This document shows positions 49,632 through 59,457 of a DNA stretch of 64,000 nucleotides, in pieces. Each line of letters starts with the position of its first letter. The first letter of the stretch is position 1. Source of the DNA: Verrucomicrobiia bacterium (GTDB lineage Bacteria; Patescibacteriota; Saccharimonadia; Saccharimonadales; JAGQNK01); the NCBI GenBank assembly GCA_035489575.1, contig DATHJY010000011.1:84514-148513 (forward strand). The letters are read 5' to 3'. The position numbers were made by a program, and so were the translations under genes. Below the pieces are notes generated by a model. The model was given only the letters and a program-made list of their open reading frames with translations, was not told the origin of the DNA and did not search any database.

Positions 49632-51128
49632 ATGAACTGGAAGCTTATTTGGAAGTCACTTAAAAACAGCGATATGCGTAACCGCGTGTTGGCAGTGCTT
49701 GGCATGTTATTAATATTTCGCGTCCTTGCTCATATTCCGATTCCTTTGAGCGACCCTGAAACCCTTAAACAAGTTCTAGAGAATCTCTTTAGCTCTAAAG
49801 ATACCCCCGAACTCCTTAGTTTTATAGATGTTTTGTCTGGAGGAGCTTTGGCTAATTTCTCCATTATGCTGATTGGCCTGGGGCCATACATCAACGCCAG
49901 TATCATCATGCAGCTCCTCACCAAGGCCATTCCGCAGCTAGAGACACTCAACAAAGAAGGTGAGTTTGGGCGTCGCAAAATTAACCAGTACACCCGCATC
50001 CTGACCCTGCCACTGGCTATCATTCAGTCTATTGGTGCCATCTATCTAGTCCGCCAGTCTGCGCTTCAGATTGGTGGCATCGGCGACATCACCGCCAATA
50101 CATCCATTACCCAATGGGTTTTGATGGTCGCAGCACTGACCGGTGGCGCCATGCTAGTGATGTGGCTAGGTGAACTCATCACCGAACAAAGTGTAGGAAA
50201 CGGTATCTCACTGGTCATTACCATTGGCATTGTCAGCCAGCTACCAACGACTATCACCAGCCTTGTTACTGGTATCTTCAGTGGCGCCAACAAGGTAAAC
50301 CTCTTTGGCTGGCAGTTCGCCGTAGACCGTCACAACGCCATTATTGGTGCAGTTTTGCTGATCACCACCGTTGTCATCACCGTACTGATCGTCAAACTTA
50401 ACGAAGCCTCGCGTAAAATCACCATCAACTATGCCAAGCGCATCCAGGGCAGCCGAGCTTACGGCGGCGTATCGACCATACTACCCGTCAAGCTCATTAC
50501 AGCTGGCGTGGTACCTATTATCTTTGCTGTCGCCTTCCTGAGTGTCCCAGCATTTGCTGGGCAGCTCCTGACCAGCGCAGGTAGCGCTCGGCTGCAGTCA
50601 ATTGGCACCAACCTGGCCGCCTGGTTCCAGACACCTAGTCCGCAGACCTTCCTACAGGAAGGCATTACGCCCTATATTTATCCCATTACTTACTTTGTCT
50701 TGGTCTTTATGTTCACGTTCTTTTATACAAGCATCACCTTCAACAGTAAGGAAATTGCCGAGAACTTACAGAAGCAAGGTGGGTTTATCGAAGGGGTTCG
50801 CCAAGGTAACTCAACAGAGAAGTATCTGGCCAAAGTCCTAAATCGCCTGACGCTCTTTGGGGCAATTGCCCTTGGTTTCCTAGCACTTATTCCAATCATC
50901 GGACAAGTTTTCCTAGAGACCAATATCGCCCTCGGTGGCACCAGCATCTTGATTCTAGTGTCTGTAGCCCTTGAAACGCTGCGCCAGATAGAATCACGTG
51001 CTCTTATGGTCACATACGACCAGTATGAACAACCCGACTTCTTCTATGATCAAGACCAACCCGCCCTGGCTGCTACTGGTGCACGACGCCTTCGTTTTCT
51101 GCCGGGCCGTAAGAAGTCAAATAAATAA
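49632..51128 (+). CDS. secY: Preprotein translocase subunit SecY
   Basis: ORF 49548..51128, trimmed to MNWKLIWKSLKNSDMRNRVL. Ten TM segments expected. Confidence 0.93.
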   Translation: MNWKLIWKSLKNSDMRNRVLAVLGMLLIFRVLAHIPIPLSDPETLKQVLENLFSSKDTPELLSFIDVLSGGALANFSIMLIGLGPYINASIIMQLLTKAIPQLETLNKEGEFGRRKINQYTRILTLPLAIIQSIGAIYLVRQSALQIGGIGDITANTSITQWVLMVAALTGGAMLVMWLGELITEQSVGNGISLVITIGIVSQLPTTITSLVTGIFSGANKVNLFGWQFAVDRHNAIIGAVLLITTVVITVLIVKLNEASRKITINYAKRIQGSRAYGGVSTILPVKLITAGVVPIIFAVAFLSVPAFAGQLLTSAGSARLQSIGTNLAAWFQTPSPQTFLQEGITPYIYPITYFVLVFMFTFFYTSITFNSKEIAENLQKQGGFIEGVRQGNSTEKYLAKVLNRLTLFGAIALGFLALIPIIGQVFLETNIALGGTSILILVSVALETLRQIESRALMVTYDQYEQPDFFYDQDQPALAATGARRLRFLPGRKKSNK

Positions 51129-51215
51129 TGTCGCAAACTCTCATTTTTGCGTCCCCTTATAACCCCTTTACAAACTGTAGTGTAATTTGCTATAATTGGG
51201 CGACGTTATATCTGT

Positions 51216-51437
51216 ATGGCCAAAAATAAGGAAGTAATCGAATTAGCGGGAGTAGTAACTGAGGCCCTCCCAGGGACTCAATTCCGCGTGGAACTCGAGA
51301 ACGGTCACCAGATCATAGCCCATGTTGCTGGCAAGATGCGAAAACACTACATTCGTCTCGTACCCGGTGACAGCGTTACGGTAGAATTGACTCCTTACGA
51401 TCTTACGAAGGGTCGGATAACGTACCGCAAGTCATAA
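51216..51437 (+). CDS. infA: Translation initiation factor IF-1
   Basis: 73 aa; S1-like fold; [14 protein letters not shown]. Confidence 0.95.
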   Translation: MAKNKEVIELAGVVTEALPGTQFRVELENGHQIIAHVAGKMRKHYIRLVPGDSVTVELTPYDLTKGRITYRKS

Positions 51438-51491
51438 CTTATAAATATTAAGCAGTGTGTCATTGACCGCTTGAGAGGAGCAATGATCCGC

Positions 51492-51608
51492 ATGAAAGTG
51501 CGTGCAAGTGTCAAAAAAATCAGTCCCGATGACAAGATCGTCCGCCGCAAAGGACGACTTTATGTTATTAACAAATTTAAGCCAAAGCACAAGCAAAGGC
51601 AGGGGTAG
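51492..51608 (+). CDS. rpmJ: 50S ribosomal protein bL36 (cysteine-free variant)
   Basis: Below the ORF-track size cutoff. Manual translation: [38 protein letters not shown]. The canonical Zn-binding Cys positions are S, D and N. Confidence 0.85.
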   Translation: MKVRASVKKISPDDKIVRRKGRLYVINKFKPKHKQRQG

Positions 51609-51672
51609 TAATGACGAAGTCATTCAAAATTATTAAGGATGGCGCATTAGCAAGCCCCGAAGGAGGTCACTA

Positions 51673-52059
51673 ATGGCTCGTATTTCCGGAGTAACCATTC
51701 CTGATAACAAACAGGTCCAAATCTCTCTGACGTATGTGTTCGGTATTGGCCCTAAGACTGCGGGCGAAGTCCTGACAGCCGCAAAGGTAGAGCCTACCGT
51801 GCGAGTCAAGGATCTGACCGACGCAGAAGTTGGTCGTATCCAGGACACTATCAACGAGAAACTAACGGTTGAGGGTGAACTGCAACGTATTGTTGCCGGC
51901 AACGTCAAGCGCTTAAAAGATATCAACAGCTATCGGGGCATTCGCCACAAGAATAATTTGCCTTCCCGGGGCCAGCGTACTCGTACTAACGGTCGCACAC
52001 GCCGCGGTCGCAAAGTAGCAGTGGGCGGCGCACAACCTAAATCAGCGTCTAAGACATAG
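51673..52059 (+). CDS. rpsM: 30S ribosomal protein uS13
   Basis: 128 aa; MARISGVTIP. Confidence 0.95.
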   Translation: MARISGVTIPDNKQVQISLTYVFGIGPKTAGEVLTAAKVEPTVRVKDLTDAEVGRIQDTINEKLTVEGELQRIVAGNVKRLKDINSYRGIRHKNNLPSRGQRTRTNGRTRRGRKVAVGGAQPKSASKT

Positions 52060-52071
52060 GAATAAGGACAA

Positions 52072-52467
52072 ATGGCAGACCTACCTACAGCAACCAAGAA
52101 GAAGAAAGCCAAGCGCTCTGTGCCTACTGGACAGATGCATGTCTTGGCAACGTTCAATAACACGATCATTACCTTTACCGACACCAAGGGTGGCGCTCTA
52201 GCAAATAGCAGTGCCGGTGCCTGCGGTTTCCGCGGTAGCAAGAAGGGCACAGCGTATGCTGCCCAAATAGCTACCGAAAAGGCTGGAACTGCCGTCAAGC
52301 AGCTCCACGGTCTTACCAAGGTAGATGTATATATAAAGGGTGTGGGCCTCGGCCGCGAAGCAGCCGTTCGCAGCCTAACCAACCTTGGCATTCAAGTTGA
52401 AACCATCAAAGATGTAACAGGCGTACCCCACGGTGGCGTTCGTCCACGTAAGGCACGAAGGGTATAG
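52072..52467 (+). CDS. rpsK: 30S ribosomal protein uS11
   Basis: 131 aa; HVLATFNNTIITFTD. Confidence 0.95.
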   Translation: MADLPTATKKKKAKRSVPTGQMHVLATFNNTIITFTDTKGGALANSSAGACGFRGSKKGTAYAAQIATEKAGTAVKQLHGLTKVDVYIKGVGLGREAAVRSLTNLGIQVETIKDVTGVPHGGVRPRKARRV

Positions 52468-52476
52468 GAGACAGAT

Positions 52477-53094
52477 ATGGCACGAGATACCCAATCTATC
52501 GTTAAAATGTCACGCCGCGAAGGCTATGCGCTGCATCCCAAAGCCCACAAGGCTTTGGCCAAGCGCACCGGGCCTCCTGGACAGCAGGGCGGACGATATC
52601 AGCGCAACAAGTCGAGTCAATACTCTTTGCAGCTGCGTGAAAAACAAAAAGTAAAGCGCTTGTATGGCTTACTGGAAAAACAATTCAGTAATCTCATGAA
52701 AGAAGCTAGCCGCACACCCGGCCAGTCCGGACAGGTTTTGTTGCAGTACCTAGAACAGCGTGCTGATAACGCAGTCTACCGAGCAGGGCTTGCACCGTCA
52801 CGACGGGCAGCTCGCCAGCTCGTAACCCATGGTCACTTTACGCTGAACGGCCGTCGCGTAGATATCCCGTCTATCCGCATGAAGGCTGGAGATGTTTTAA
52901 CAGTACGTGACCACAGCAAGGCGACTGAATACTTCAAGAAGATTGACGACGTCAGCCCTGCACCATCAGAAACTCCCGGATGGTTGAAAGTTAATCGCAA
53001 GAAATTCGAAATAACCATTACTGGCGTGCCTACCCGCGAGGAAGCCGAGCCAGACTTAAACGAACAACTAATCGTGGAATACTACTCACGCTAA
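52477..53094 (+). CDS. rpsD: 30S ribosomal protein uS4
   Basis: 205 aa; S4 domain (RQLVTHGHFTLNGRRVDIPS). Confidence 0.94.
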   Translation: MARDTQSIVKMSRREGYALHPKAHKALAKRTGPPGQQGGRYQRNKSSQYSLQLREKQKVKRLYGLLEKQFSNLMKEASRTPGQSGQVLLQYLEQRADNAVYRAGLAPSRRAARQLVTHGHFTLNGRRVDIPSIRMKAGDVLTVRDHSKATEYFKKIDDVSPAPSETPGWLKVNRKKFEITITGVPTREEAEPDLNEQLIVEYYSR

Positions 53095-53112
53095 GGGAGG
53101 CTAGGAGAAAAT

Positions 53113-54051
53113 ATGTCAAAGATAATTCACACACCAGGCGTTGTTAAAGTAGACGACCACAGTCCAAGTAGCGCCACTTTCGCAGTCGAGCCACTCCACA
53201 CCGGCTATGGCATGACCCTCGGCAACAGCTTGCGACGCGTACTACTATCCAGCATTGCTGGCGCCGCTATCACAGCCTTTAAAGTAGAAGGCGCAACCCA
53301 CGAATTCACCACCCTAAAGGGCGTGCGAGAAGACGTAGTTGATATTATGCTCAACCTAAAGGGTATCCGTTTCCGCGTTTTCGGCAGCGAAGCTCAGTCC
53401 TTGCGCATTACCAAAAAGGGCAAAGGCCCTGTTACCGCCAAAGACATCCAGCTAAACGCTGACGTAGAAGTAGTCAATCCCGACCATGTGATTGCTACTA
53501 TCGACGATGATAAGACGTCGCTTGTCATGGACCTGGTGGTAGAAACCGGCCGTGGCTACCGTACCATCGAAGAAGGTACTGCCAAGAAGGCTAGTGACAT
53601 GATTGCAGTTGACGCTATCTTTAGCCCAGTTGTACGTGTTCGCTACAAGGTAGAGAACACCCGCGTTGGCCAGATGACCGATCTAGATAAGCTACTGCTT
53701 ACCATTGATACCGATAGCTCAATTACCCCACGCGACGCTTTTGAAGAAGCTGCTGCAATTCTAGTGAACCAGTACACTGCCCTGGCTGGACAAACTCGCG
53801 TCGAGAGTGCTGCGCCTATCAGCCCTACTGGCGACGATGACGCTGCCACCAACGATGACGCTCCTGAACTTATGACTCCTATCGAAGACCTGAACCTGAG
53901 CGCCCGCACCACCAATGCCCTGATCAACAACGAGATCCACACTTTGCGTGACTTGTTCTCGCTCAGCGATTCAGAGCTACGTGAACTGAAAGGCTTCGGC
54001 AGCAAAGCGCTGGATGAAGTCAAAGAAAAGCTAGCGGAGCTGGAGCTCTAA
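53113..54051 (+). CDS. rpoA: DNA-directed RNA polymerase subunit alpha
   Basis: 312 aa. NTD blocks plus a C-terminal HhH domain (LNLSARTTNALINNEIHTLRDL). Confidence 0.94.
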   Translation: MSKIIHTPGVVKVDDHSPSSATFAVEPLHTGYGMTLGNSLRRVLLSSIAGAAITAFKVEGATHEFTTLKGVREDVVDIMLNLKGIRFRVFGSEAQSLRITKKGKGPVTAKDIQLNADVEVVNPDHVIATIDDDKTSLVMDLVVETGRGYRTIEEGTAKKASDMIAVDAIFSPVVRVRYKVENTRVGQMTDLDKLLLTIDTDSSITPRDAFEEAAAILVNQYTALAGQTRVESAAPISPTGDDDAATNDDAPELMTPIEDLNLSARTTNALINNEIHTLRDLFSLSDSELRELKGFGSKALDEVKEKLAELEL

Positions 54052-54052
54052 G

Positions 54053-54532
54053 ATGCATCGTCACGGATATAAAGGAAGGAAATTCCACCGCGAACGCGAC
54101 CAACGCCAAGCTCTTATCAAGAGTCTGGCTGAGAGCCTTATCAAGCATGAGTCTATAGAGACTACCTTGCACAAGGCCAAAGAAGTCGTGCCCTACGTGG
54201 AACGCCTGATCACCAAAGCTAAAAAGGGTGATTTACATAACCGCCGTCAGGTTATTAGCAGTCTGCAAACAGTTGCAGTCGCTCATAAATTGGTTGACGA
54301 GATTGCACCAAAGCTAAAAGGACGCGTTAGCGGCCATCTGCGCATTGAGCGCACTGTGGCTCGTCGTGGCGACAACGCCCAGCTAGCTCGCATAAGTTTT
54401 GTAGACGACCTCAAAGAAGCGCCCGTTGCCAAGAAAGCCGTAGAGAAAAAGGCTGAAGCACCTGCCGCAAAACCAGCTACCATCAAGAAACCAGTAGCCA
54501 AGAAAACTCCTGCCAAAAAGGAGGCTCAATAA
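54053..54532 (+). CDS. rplQ: 50S ribosomal protein bL17 (Lys/Ala-rich C-terminal tail)
   Basis: 159 aa; MHRHGYKGRKFHRERDQRQAL. Confidence 0.93.
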   Translation: MHRHGYKGRKFHRERDQRQALIKSLAESLIKHESIETTLHKAKEVVPYVERLITKAKKGDLHNRRQVISSLQTVAVAHKLVDEIAPKLKGRVSGHLRIERTVARRGDNAQLARISFVDDLKEAPVAKKAVEKKAEAPAAKPATIKKPVAKKTPAKKEAQ

Positions 54533-54972
54533 TGAAAACTTTTAGCGCAAAACCATCAGACGTAACTCGCAAGTGGTACGTTATCGATGCCGCCGAAGCT
54601 CCCGTGGGCCGTCTGGCTACCGTAGCCGCCACATTGTTGACCGGCAAGGGTAAGCCAACGTTTACCAAGCATATCGACACCGGTGACTTCGTCATTGTTG
54701 TCAATGCAGACAACCTGGTTGTCACGGGCAACAAAATGGAAGACAAGATGTACTACCGTCATAGTGGCTTTCCTGGTGGACTAAAGGAAACCAAACTGCG
54801 TCACCAGATGGACAAAGATTCGACTCACGTTATCGAGCACGCTATTCGTGGCATGCTGCCCGTCAACAAGCTGCGCGATGACCGACTGAAGCGACTCAAG
54901 GTCTATGCCGGTGCCGAGCATAATCATGCCGCCCAGAAACCACAGAAACTTAATGTAAAGGCAGAGAAGTAA
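54532..54972 (+). CDS. rplM: 50S ribosomal protein uL13
   Basis: 146 aa; TAATG-coupled; KWYVIDA. Confidence 0.94.
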   Translation: MKTFSAKPSDVTRKWYVIDAAEAPVGRLATVAATLLTGKGKPTFTKHIDTGDFVIVVNADNLVVTGNKMEDKMYYRHSGFPGGLKETKLRHQMDKDSTHVIEHAIRGMLPVNKLRDDRLKRLKVYAGAEHNHAAQKPQKLNVKAEK

Positions 54973-55379
54973 TGGCAGAAAAAACTGCTCACTATCACTA
55001 CGCCCTTGGCCGACGCAAGAGTTCGACTGCTCGTGTTCGTTTGCAAAATGGCAAAGGCAAAATTGTCATAAACGGCAAAGAAGCCAGCGAGTATTTTGGC
55101 GAGAGCAAGTCCAACATGCACGAACTCATGAAGCCTTTTGTTGCACTAGAGCTTGAAGCCACCAAGTACGACATCAGTGCCGTAGTTAGTGGTGGTGGCC
55201 ATGCCGGTCAAGCCGATGCTATTCGTTTGGGGATTGCCAAGGCCTTGGCTCTCATGAACGAAGACCTGCGGGGCACACTTCGTCGTGCAGAGCTACTTGG
55301 TCGCGACCAACGCGAAAAAGAACGCAAAAAACCCGGCCTCAAAGGCGCCCGCAAACAACGTCAGTTTACGAAGCGCTAA
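54972..55379 (+). CDS. rpsI: 30S ribosomal protein uS9
   Basis: 135 aa; GGGHAGQADAIRLGIAKAL ... KQRQFTKR. Confidence 0.95.
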   Translation: MAEKTAHYHYALGRRKSSTARVRLQNGKGKIVINGKEASEYFGESKSNMHELMKPFVALELEATKYDISAVVSGGGHAGQADAIRLGIAKALALMNEDLRGTLRRAELLGRDQREKERKKPGLKGARKQRQFTKR

Positions 55380-55430
55380 AGACAGTAATGAGGAGCCTCA
55401 AGCGGGTTCCCCATGCACTTTGGGCACAGA

Positions 55431-55468
55431 AAAACAGGACTCTGGAAATACATCCAAGGTCCTGTTTT
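55431..55468 (+). terminator. Intrinsic terminator after rpsI
   Basis: aaaacaggac ... gtcctgtttt (10-bp perfect stem). Confidence 0.6.
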
Positions 55469-55515
55469 GCATAATATGATATTCTCAATACTTGAATGTT
55501 GAGAGATAGGCGCAA

Positions 55516-56115
55516 ATGAAAAATTTCCTGTGGCGGCATAAATTTTTGATACTTATTTGGGTGACAGTTTTTGTTGTTGGCGGATACATAGGTTATCTAC
55601 TTTTCTTTAAGTCTACTGGTGGTAAAAATCCATACACCATAGCAGCAAGCGAAAAGGCCGTAAACGATACCAAGACAGCCGAAACACCCAAAAACCAGCC
55701 CAAAAAGCCCCAGATTGGTGAGCCTGCGCAAGATGGTGACCTGGAGTTCACCGTCAAAGGCACCGCCTGCAATGGCGAAAGAACTATTGGCACCAATGCC
55801 TACGCCCAAGCAGAAGCCGAAGGACAGTTCTGCCGCCTTAGTATTACTCTAAGAAACACGGGTAGCGCGCCCGTTAGCCTATCGCTGGCTGCGCAAAGAG
55901 TCTTTGTGGCTACAGAAGATTCGTACCCCGCAGACGAAGGCGCCACCCAAAACGCCCAGGCGGATCAAACGAAAAACTACTGGTACCAGCAAATCGCTCC
56001 AGACAGTACCGTATCGGGCGATCTGCTCTTTGATCTAAATGGCGGCGAAGAAATGAGACGAGCCGAGCTGCATGGCGCAGAGAATAGCCCCGGCATACAA
56101 ATTAACCTGAAGTAG
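55516..56115 (+). CDS. Secreted/membrane-anchored DUF4352-like protein
   Basis: 199 aa. N-terminal TM helix, then a beta-rich block (DLEFTVKG...FCRLSITLRNTGSAPVSL...GDLLFDL) typical of DUF4352. Confidence 0.6.
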   Translation: MKNFLWRHKFLILIWVTVFVVGGYIGYLLFFKSTGGKNPYTIAASEKAVNDTKTAETPKNQPKKPQIGEPAQDGDLEFTVKGTACNGERTIGTNAYAQAEAEGQFCRLSITLRNTGSAPVSLSLAAQRVFVATEDSYPADEGATQNAQADQTKNYWYQQIAPDSTVSGDLLFDLNGGEEMRRAELHGAENSPGIQINLK

Positions 56116-56181
56116 TTCGAGTCAGCACCGCCTCTTTAGCCGACGTAATGCTTGCCTATGGTGGCGATCTAAATAATAAAG

Positions 56182-56190
56182 TGGTATAAT
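56182..56190 (+). promoter_or_regulatory. Extended -10 promoter (TGgTATAAT)
   Basis: TGGTATAAT lies 9 nt upstream of the ATG at 56200. No SD in between. Confidence 0.45.
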
Positions 56191-56199
56191 GCTCAAGTT

Positions 56200-56280
56200 A
56201 TGAAACTAATCCAGAGCTTCGCTTATTGGTTTACCGGCCGTAAATTGGCGGTTGTTCCTGTGCGTATTCGTAATAAATAA
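56200..56280 (+). CDS. 26-codon micro-ORF (MKLIQSFAYWFTGRKLAVVPVRIRNK), or the body of a small RNA
   Basis: Bracketed by the extended -10 promoter and a strong terminator, giving a total unit of about 125 nt. Confidence 0.3.
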   Translation: MKLIQSFAYWFTGRKLAVVPVRIRNK

Positions 56281-56296
56281 TCAATAAGCACTCAGC

Positions 56297-56323
56297 AAAA
56301 GACCGCCACGGGCGGTCTTTTTT
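56297..56323 (+). terminator. Intrinsic terminator
   Basis: aaaagaccgcc acg ggcggtctttt followed by tt. Confidence 0.7.
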
Positions 56324-56342
56324 AAATGACGAAAGGAAAGCT

Positions 56343-56687
56343 ATGGAAACTCACGAACCTACCAGATACAGACGGGAGCTCACCGACGAACAACTACAGC
56401 GTGCCCAGGTGGTACCCGATATTGCGGGCCGAGACCTCAGCAACGGTGAGGTTGCGGGCTCACAGACAACGGAACTGTCGTTGCTACCAGCAGACATATA
56501 CGCGGGGGCGGGCATATCCAGGGAGGCAGAGGTCGCACCAGATATCTCGTACGGTCAGGCACGGGTAGAAGCTATGCGCAGGATCATAGCCTACCAGGCA
56601 GAGCTAACACGCCGCCGGAACCTGTTAGAAGCAACAATAACACCGGTAGAATCAAAAACTAGTGGTACAATTAGTGCAAATGAGTAA
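56343..56687 (+). CDS. Hypothetical protein overlapping the trpS start
   Basis: 114 aa with SD-like AAAGGAAAG. Its stop overlaps the trpS ATG region by 8 nt. Confidence 0.45.
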   Translation: METHEPTRYRRELTDEQLQRAQVVPDIAGRDLSNGEVAGSQTTELSLLPADIYAGAGISREAEVAPDISYGQARVEAMRRIIAYQAELTRRRNLLEATITPVESKTSGTISANE

Positions 56688-57699
56688 AGAAGTAATATTG
56701 ACCGGCATACGGGCGAATAACGACCTTCATATTGGCAATTATTTGGGCGCATTACTGCCCATTGTTGACATGGCCACTACACGTGCCGGGGACTATCAAA
56801 TTAATCTGTTTGTGCCAGATCTGCATAGTTTTACCACGCCCATTGATCACAGCAAGCTGCAGGAGCGCATCTTCCAAGCCCTGAGGATGTTTGTTGCGGT
56901 TGGCTTGCCCCTAGACAACTCGGACATACATATTTACCGCCAGAGCTATGTGCCTGCTCATTCAGAACTGACTTGGATACTTGATTGCTTCACTGGTTTT
57001 GGCGAAATGTCCCGCATGACTCAATTCAAAGACAAGTCAGCCAAACTTAAAGAAGACCGTATTAGTATCGGGCTGTTTAACTATCCTGTATTGATGGCCT
57101 GCGACATGTTGCTGTACGGCGCAACTTATGTGCCAGTTGGTGACGACCAATCTCAGCACCTAGAGTTCACACGCGATATTGCCGACCGGCTGAACAGCCA
57201 ATTCGGCGAGCTATTTATAGTCCCGAAACCAGTCAAAGACCAGCATGAGTTCTTTGGCAAAGATCAGGGGTTACGTATCCGCGACCTGGGGGATCCAACC
57301 AAGAAAATGAGCAAATCGGACGAAACTGGCAAAGGCGTGATATTCTTGACCGATTCTCCGGATGAAGCCCGCAAAAAGATCATGTCGGCCACAACCGACA
57401 GTCTGGGTGATATTCAGCACGATTACAAAGAACGCCCAGGGGTGACTAACCTGTTAGATATGTTAAAATTATTCGGTGGCAACTCGGATGAGTTTATTGG
57501 ACAAAACCAGTATGGTCAACTCAAAACCGCCGCAGCCGATAAAGTCGCCACATTTTTACAAGAATTTCAAACGAAGCTTGGTCAAATAGACGAAAACGCT
57601 ATCAAAGCAAAGTTAGAGTCCAGCGAGGCCACCATGAACCAACAAGCCAATCAAACTTTGCTAAAAGTCCAGCAGGCGGTAGGACTACGTCCTCAATAA
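56680..57699 (+). CDS. trpS: Tryptophanyl-tRNA synthetase
   Basis: ORF 56662..57699, trimmed to MSKEVILTGIRANNDLHIGNYLG (HIGH-type motif). KMSKS present. Confidence 0.9.
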   Translation: MSKEVILTGIRANNDLHIGNYLGALLPIVDMATTRAGDYQINLFVPDLHSFTTPIDHSKLQERIFQALRMFVAVGLPLDNSDIHIYRQSYVPAHSELTWILDCFTGFGEMSRMTQFKDKSAKLKEDRISIGLFNYPVLMACDMLLYGATYVPVGDDQSQHLEFTRDIADRLNSQFGELFIVPKPVKDQHEFFGKDQGLRIRDLGDPTKKMSKSDETGKGVIFLTDSPDEARKKIMSATTDSLGDIQHDYKERPGVTNLLDMLKLFGGNSDEFIGQNQYGQLKTAAADKVATFLQEFQTKLGQIDENAIKAKLESSEATMNQQANQTLLKVQQAVGLRPQ

Positions 57700-57700
57700 T

Positions 57701-58597
57701 ATGTCAAAAAATCTAATTGTAGACGAGGAGACAAAGGGCAAACGCTTTGACGTGGTGGCTACAGAAATGCTGCCCATGCTCAGCCGTGCCTATGTGCACG
57801 TGCTGATTGAAGGCAAGCGCGTCCTGCTAAACGATCACCAGGAAAAAGCTGGCTACAAGCTACGCATGGGTGATGTTATCAGCACCGACTTTAACGCCAA
57901 AGAGATTGATCAGATTGCCGATATTGACCTGCCTATTATTTATGAAGACGACAATGTGCTGGTAGTGAACAAGCCTGAAGGCATTATCAGCCATAGCCGA
58001 GGTCGGTACTGGAACGAGCCATCTGTGGCCTCGTTTGTACGTCAAAAAACCGCTGCTACTGGGTACGACCCCGTAGCAGGCCCGTCCGTTGGGGCCGATG
58101 GCCGGGCAGGTATTGTGCACCGCCTGGACAGGGCAACGTCCGGTGTTATGATCTGCGCCAAGAATCAGCAAACACTCTCGTTTTTGCAGAAACAGTTCTC
58201 GCAGCGCAAGGTCAAAAAGACCTACATGGCAGTTGTTACCGGCCATCTAGATCCCGAGGAAGCTGCTATAGATATGCCGATAGAACGTAACCCCAAAGCT
58301 CCGGCCACCTTTCGTGTTGGTGCCAACGGCAAGCCGTCGGTTACCGTCTATCATGTAGAGACAAAGGGTAAAACAGACGATCTAGTACGGCTAGAACCTA
58401 CCACAGGACGAACCCACCAGCTCCGCGTGCACCTGACACACCAGGACCATCCTATTGTTGGCGACGTGTTATATGACGGTGCACCGGCCGATCGGCTCTT
58501 TTTGCACGCGCTGTCTTTGGAAATCACGCTGCCTGGCGGCGAGCGAAAAACCTTCACAGCCCCATTGCCCAAGGTATTCAAGTCACGAGTAGTATAG
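57701..58597 (+). CDS. RluA-family pseudouridine synthase (RluD-like, with S4 domain)
   Basis: 298 aa; HRLDRATSGVM catalytic motif. Confidence 0.85.
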   Translation: MSKNLIVDEETKGKRFDVVATEMLPMLSRAYVHVLIEGKRVLLNDHQEKAGYKLRMGDVISTDFNAKEIDQIADIDLPIIYEDDNVLVVNKPEGIISHSRGRYWNEPSVASFVRQKTAATGYDPVAGPSVGADGRAGIVHRLDRATSGVMICAKNQQTLSFLQKQFSQRKVKKTYMAVVTGHLDPEEAAIDMPIERNPKAPATFRVGANGKPSVTVYHVETKGKTDDLVRLEPTTGRTHQLRVHLTHQDHPIVGDVLYDGAPADRLFLHALSLEITLPGGERKTFTAPLPKVFKSRVV

Positions 58598-58599
58598 CC

Positions 58600-59457
58600 A
58601 TGTTGCTGCACGGCTATACTCAGAAACGCCTGCAAGCTATTAAGCCCGGTAGCATCCACGGACTGTTACTGTCCGGGCCAAGAGGATCAGGCAAAGCATT
58701 TGCGGCCCGATATCTCGCCCAATTGCAGTTAGGGCTGGCTACGCCCGCACAGCTAGAGATCTACCCGTACTTTTCGGTTATCGCCCCGACCGACGGCACG
58801 ATTAGCATCGATTCTATCCGGGGATTGCAAAAGTTTTTACAGCTTCGCACACCAGGCGATCAAGTCGTTCGCCGGGTGGTAGTTGTCGAAGATGCCCACA
58901 CCATGACTAACGAGGCCCAAAATGCACTACTGAAAGCCCTGGAGGAACCGCCAGCCGACACGATGATTATTCTGACTGCACCAAAGTCTTTGCAGCTCAA
59001 AGAAACTATTTACTCACGCGTCCAAGAGATTCCTATTCAGAAAATAGCCAAAGAGCAGGCCAACACCTATTTTGACGGTGACTTCGAGCAGGCAGACATT
59101 GACCGCGCATACATGATGAGTGGCGGTCATGCTGGCCTGATGAATGCCCTCCTGAAGCAAGAGGACCATCACCTGGCCAACCAGGTCCAACGTGCCAAGC
59201 AAATCCTAAGCAGTACGCTCTTTGACCGTCTGGCCCAAGTGGACGACCTCGCCAAGCAACGTGATACATTGCCGCTATTCTTGCAAGCATGCAAGCTCAT
59301 TTGCTCGGCCGCCCTGCACCAGGCCATAGACAAAGGAGACGACACCAAAATAAAGCATTGGCACCGGACCCTGGGAGTCGTACATGAGGCAGAGGCATCG
59401 CTAGCCCATAACCCCAATACCAAACTGTTGTTGTGCGATCTGTTTTTAAACCTTTAG
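58600..59457 (+). CDS. holB: DNA polymerase III subunit delta'
   Basis: 285 aa; LLSGPRGSGK (AAA+ P-loop-like), then a VVVVEDAH... block. Confidence 0.75.
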   Translation: MLLHGYTQKRLQAIKPGSIHGLLLSGPRGSGKAFAARYLAQLQLGLATPAQLEIYPYFSVIAPTDGTISIDSIRGLQKFLQLRTPGDQVVRRVVVVEDAHTMTNEAQNALLKALEEPPADTMIILTAPKSLQLKETIYSRVQEIPIQKIAKEQANTYFDGDFEQADIDRAYMMSGGHAGLMNALLKQEDHHLANQVQRAKQILSSTLFDRLAQVDDLAKQRDTLPLFLQACKLICSAALHQAIDKGDDTKIKHWHRTLGVVHEAEASLAHNPNTKLLLCDLFLNL

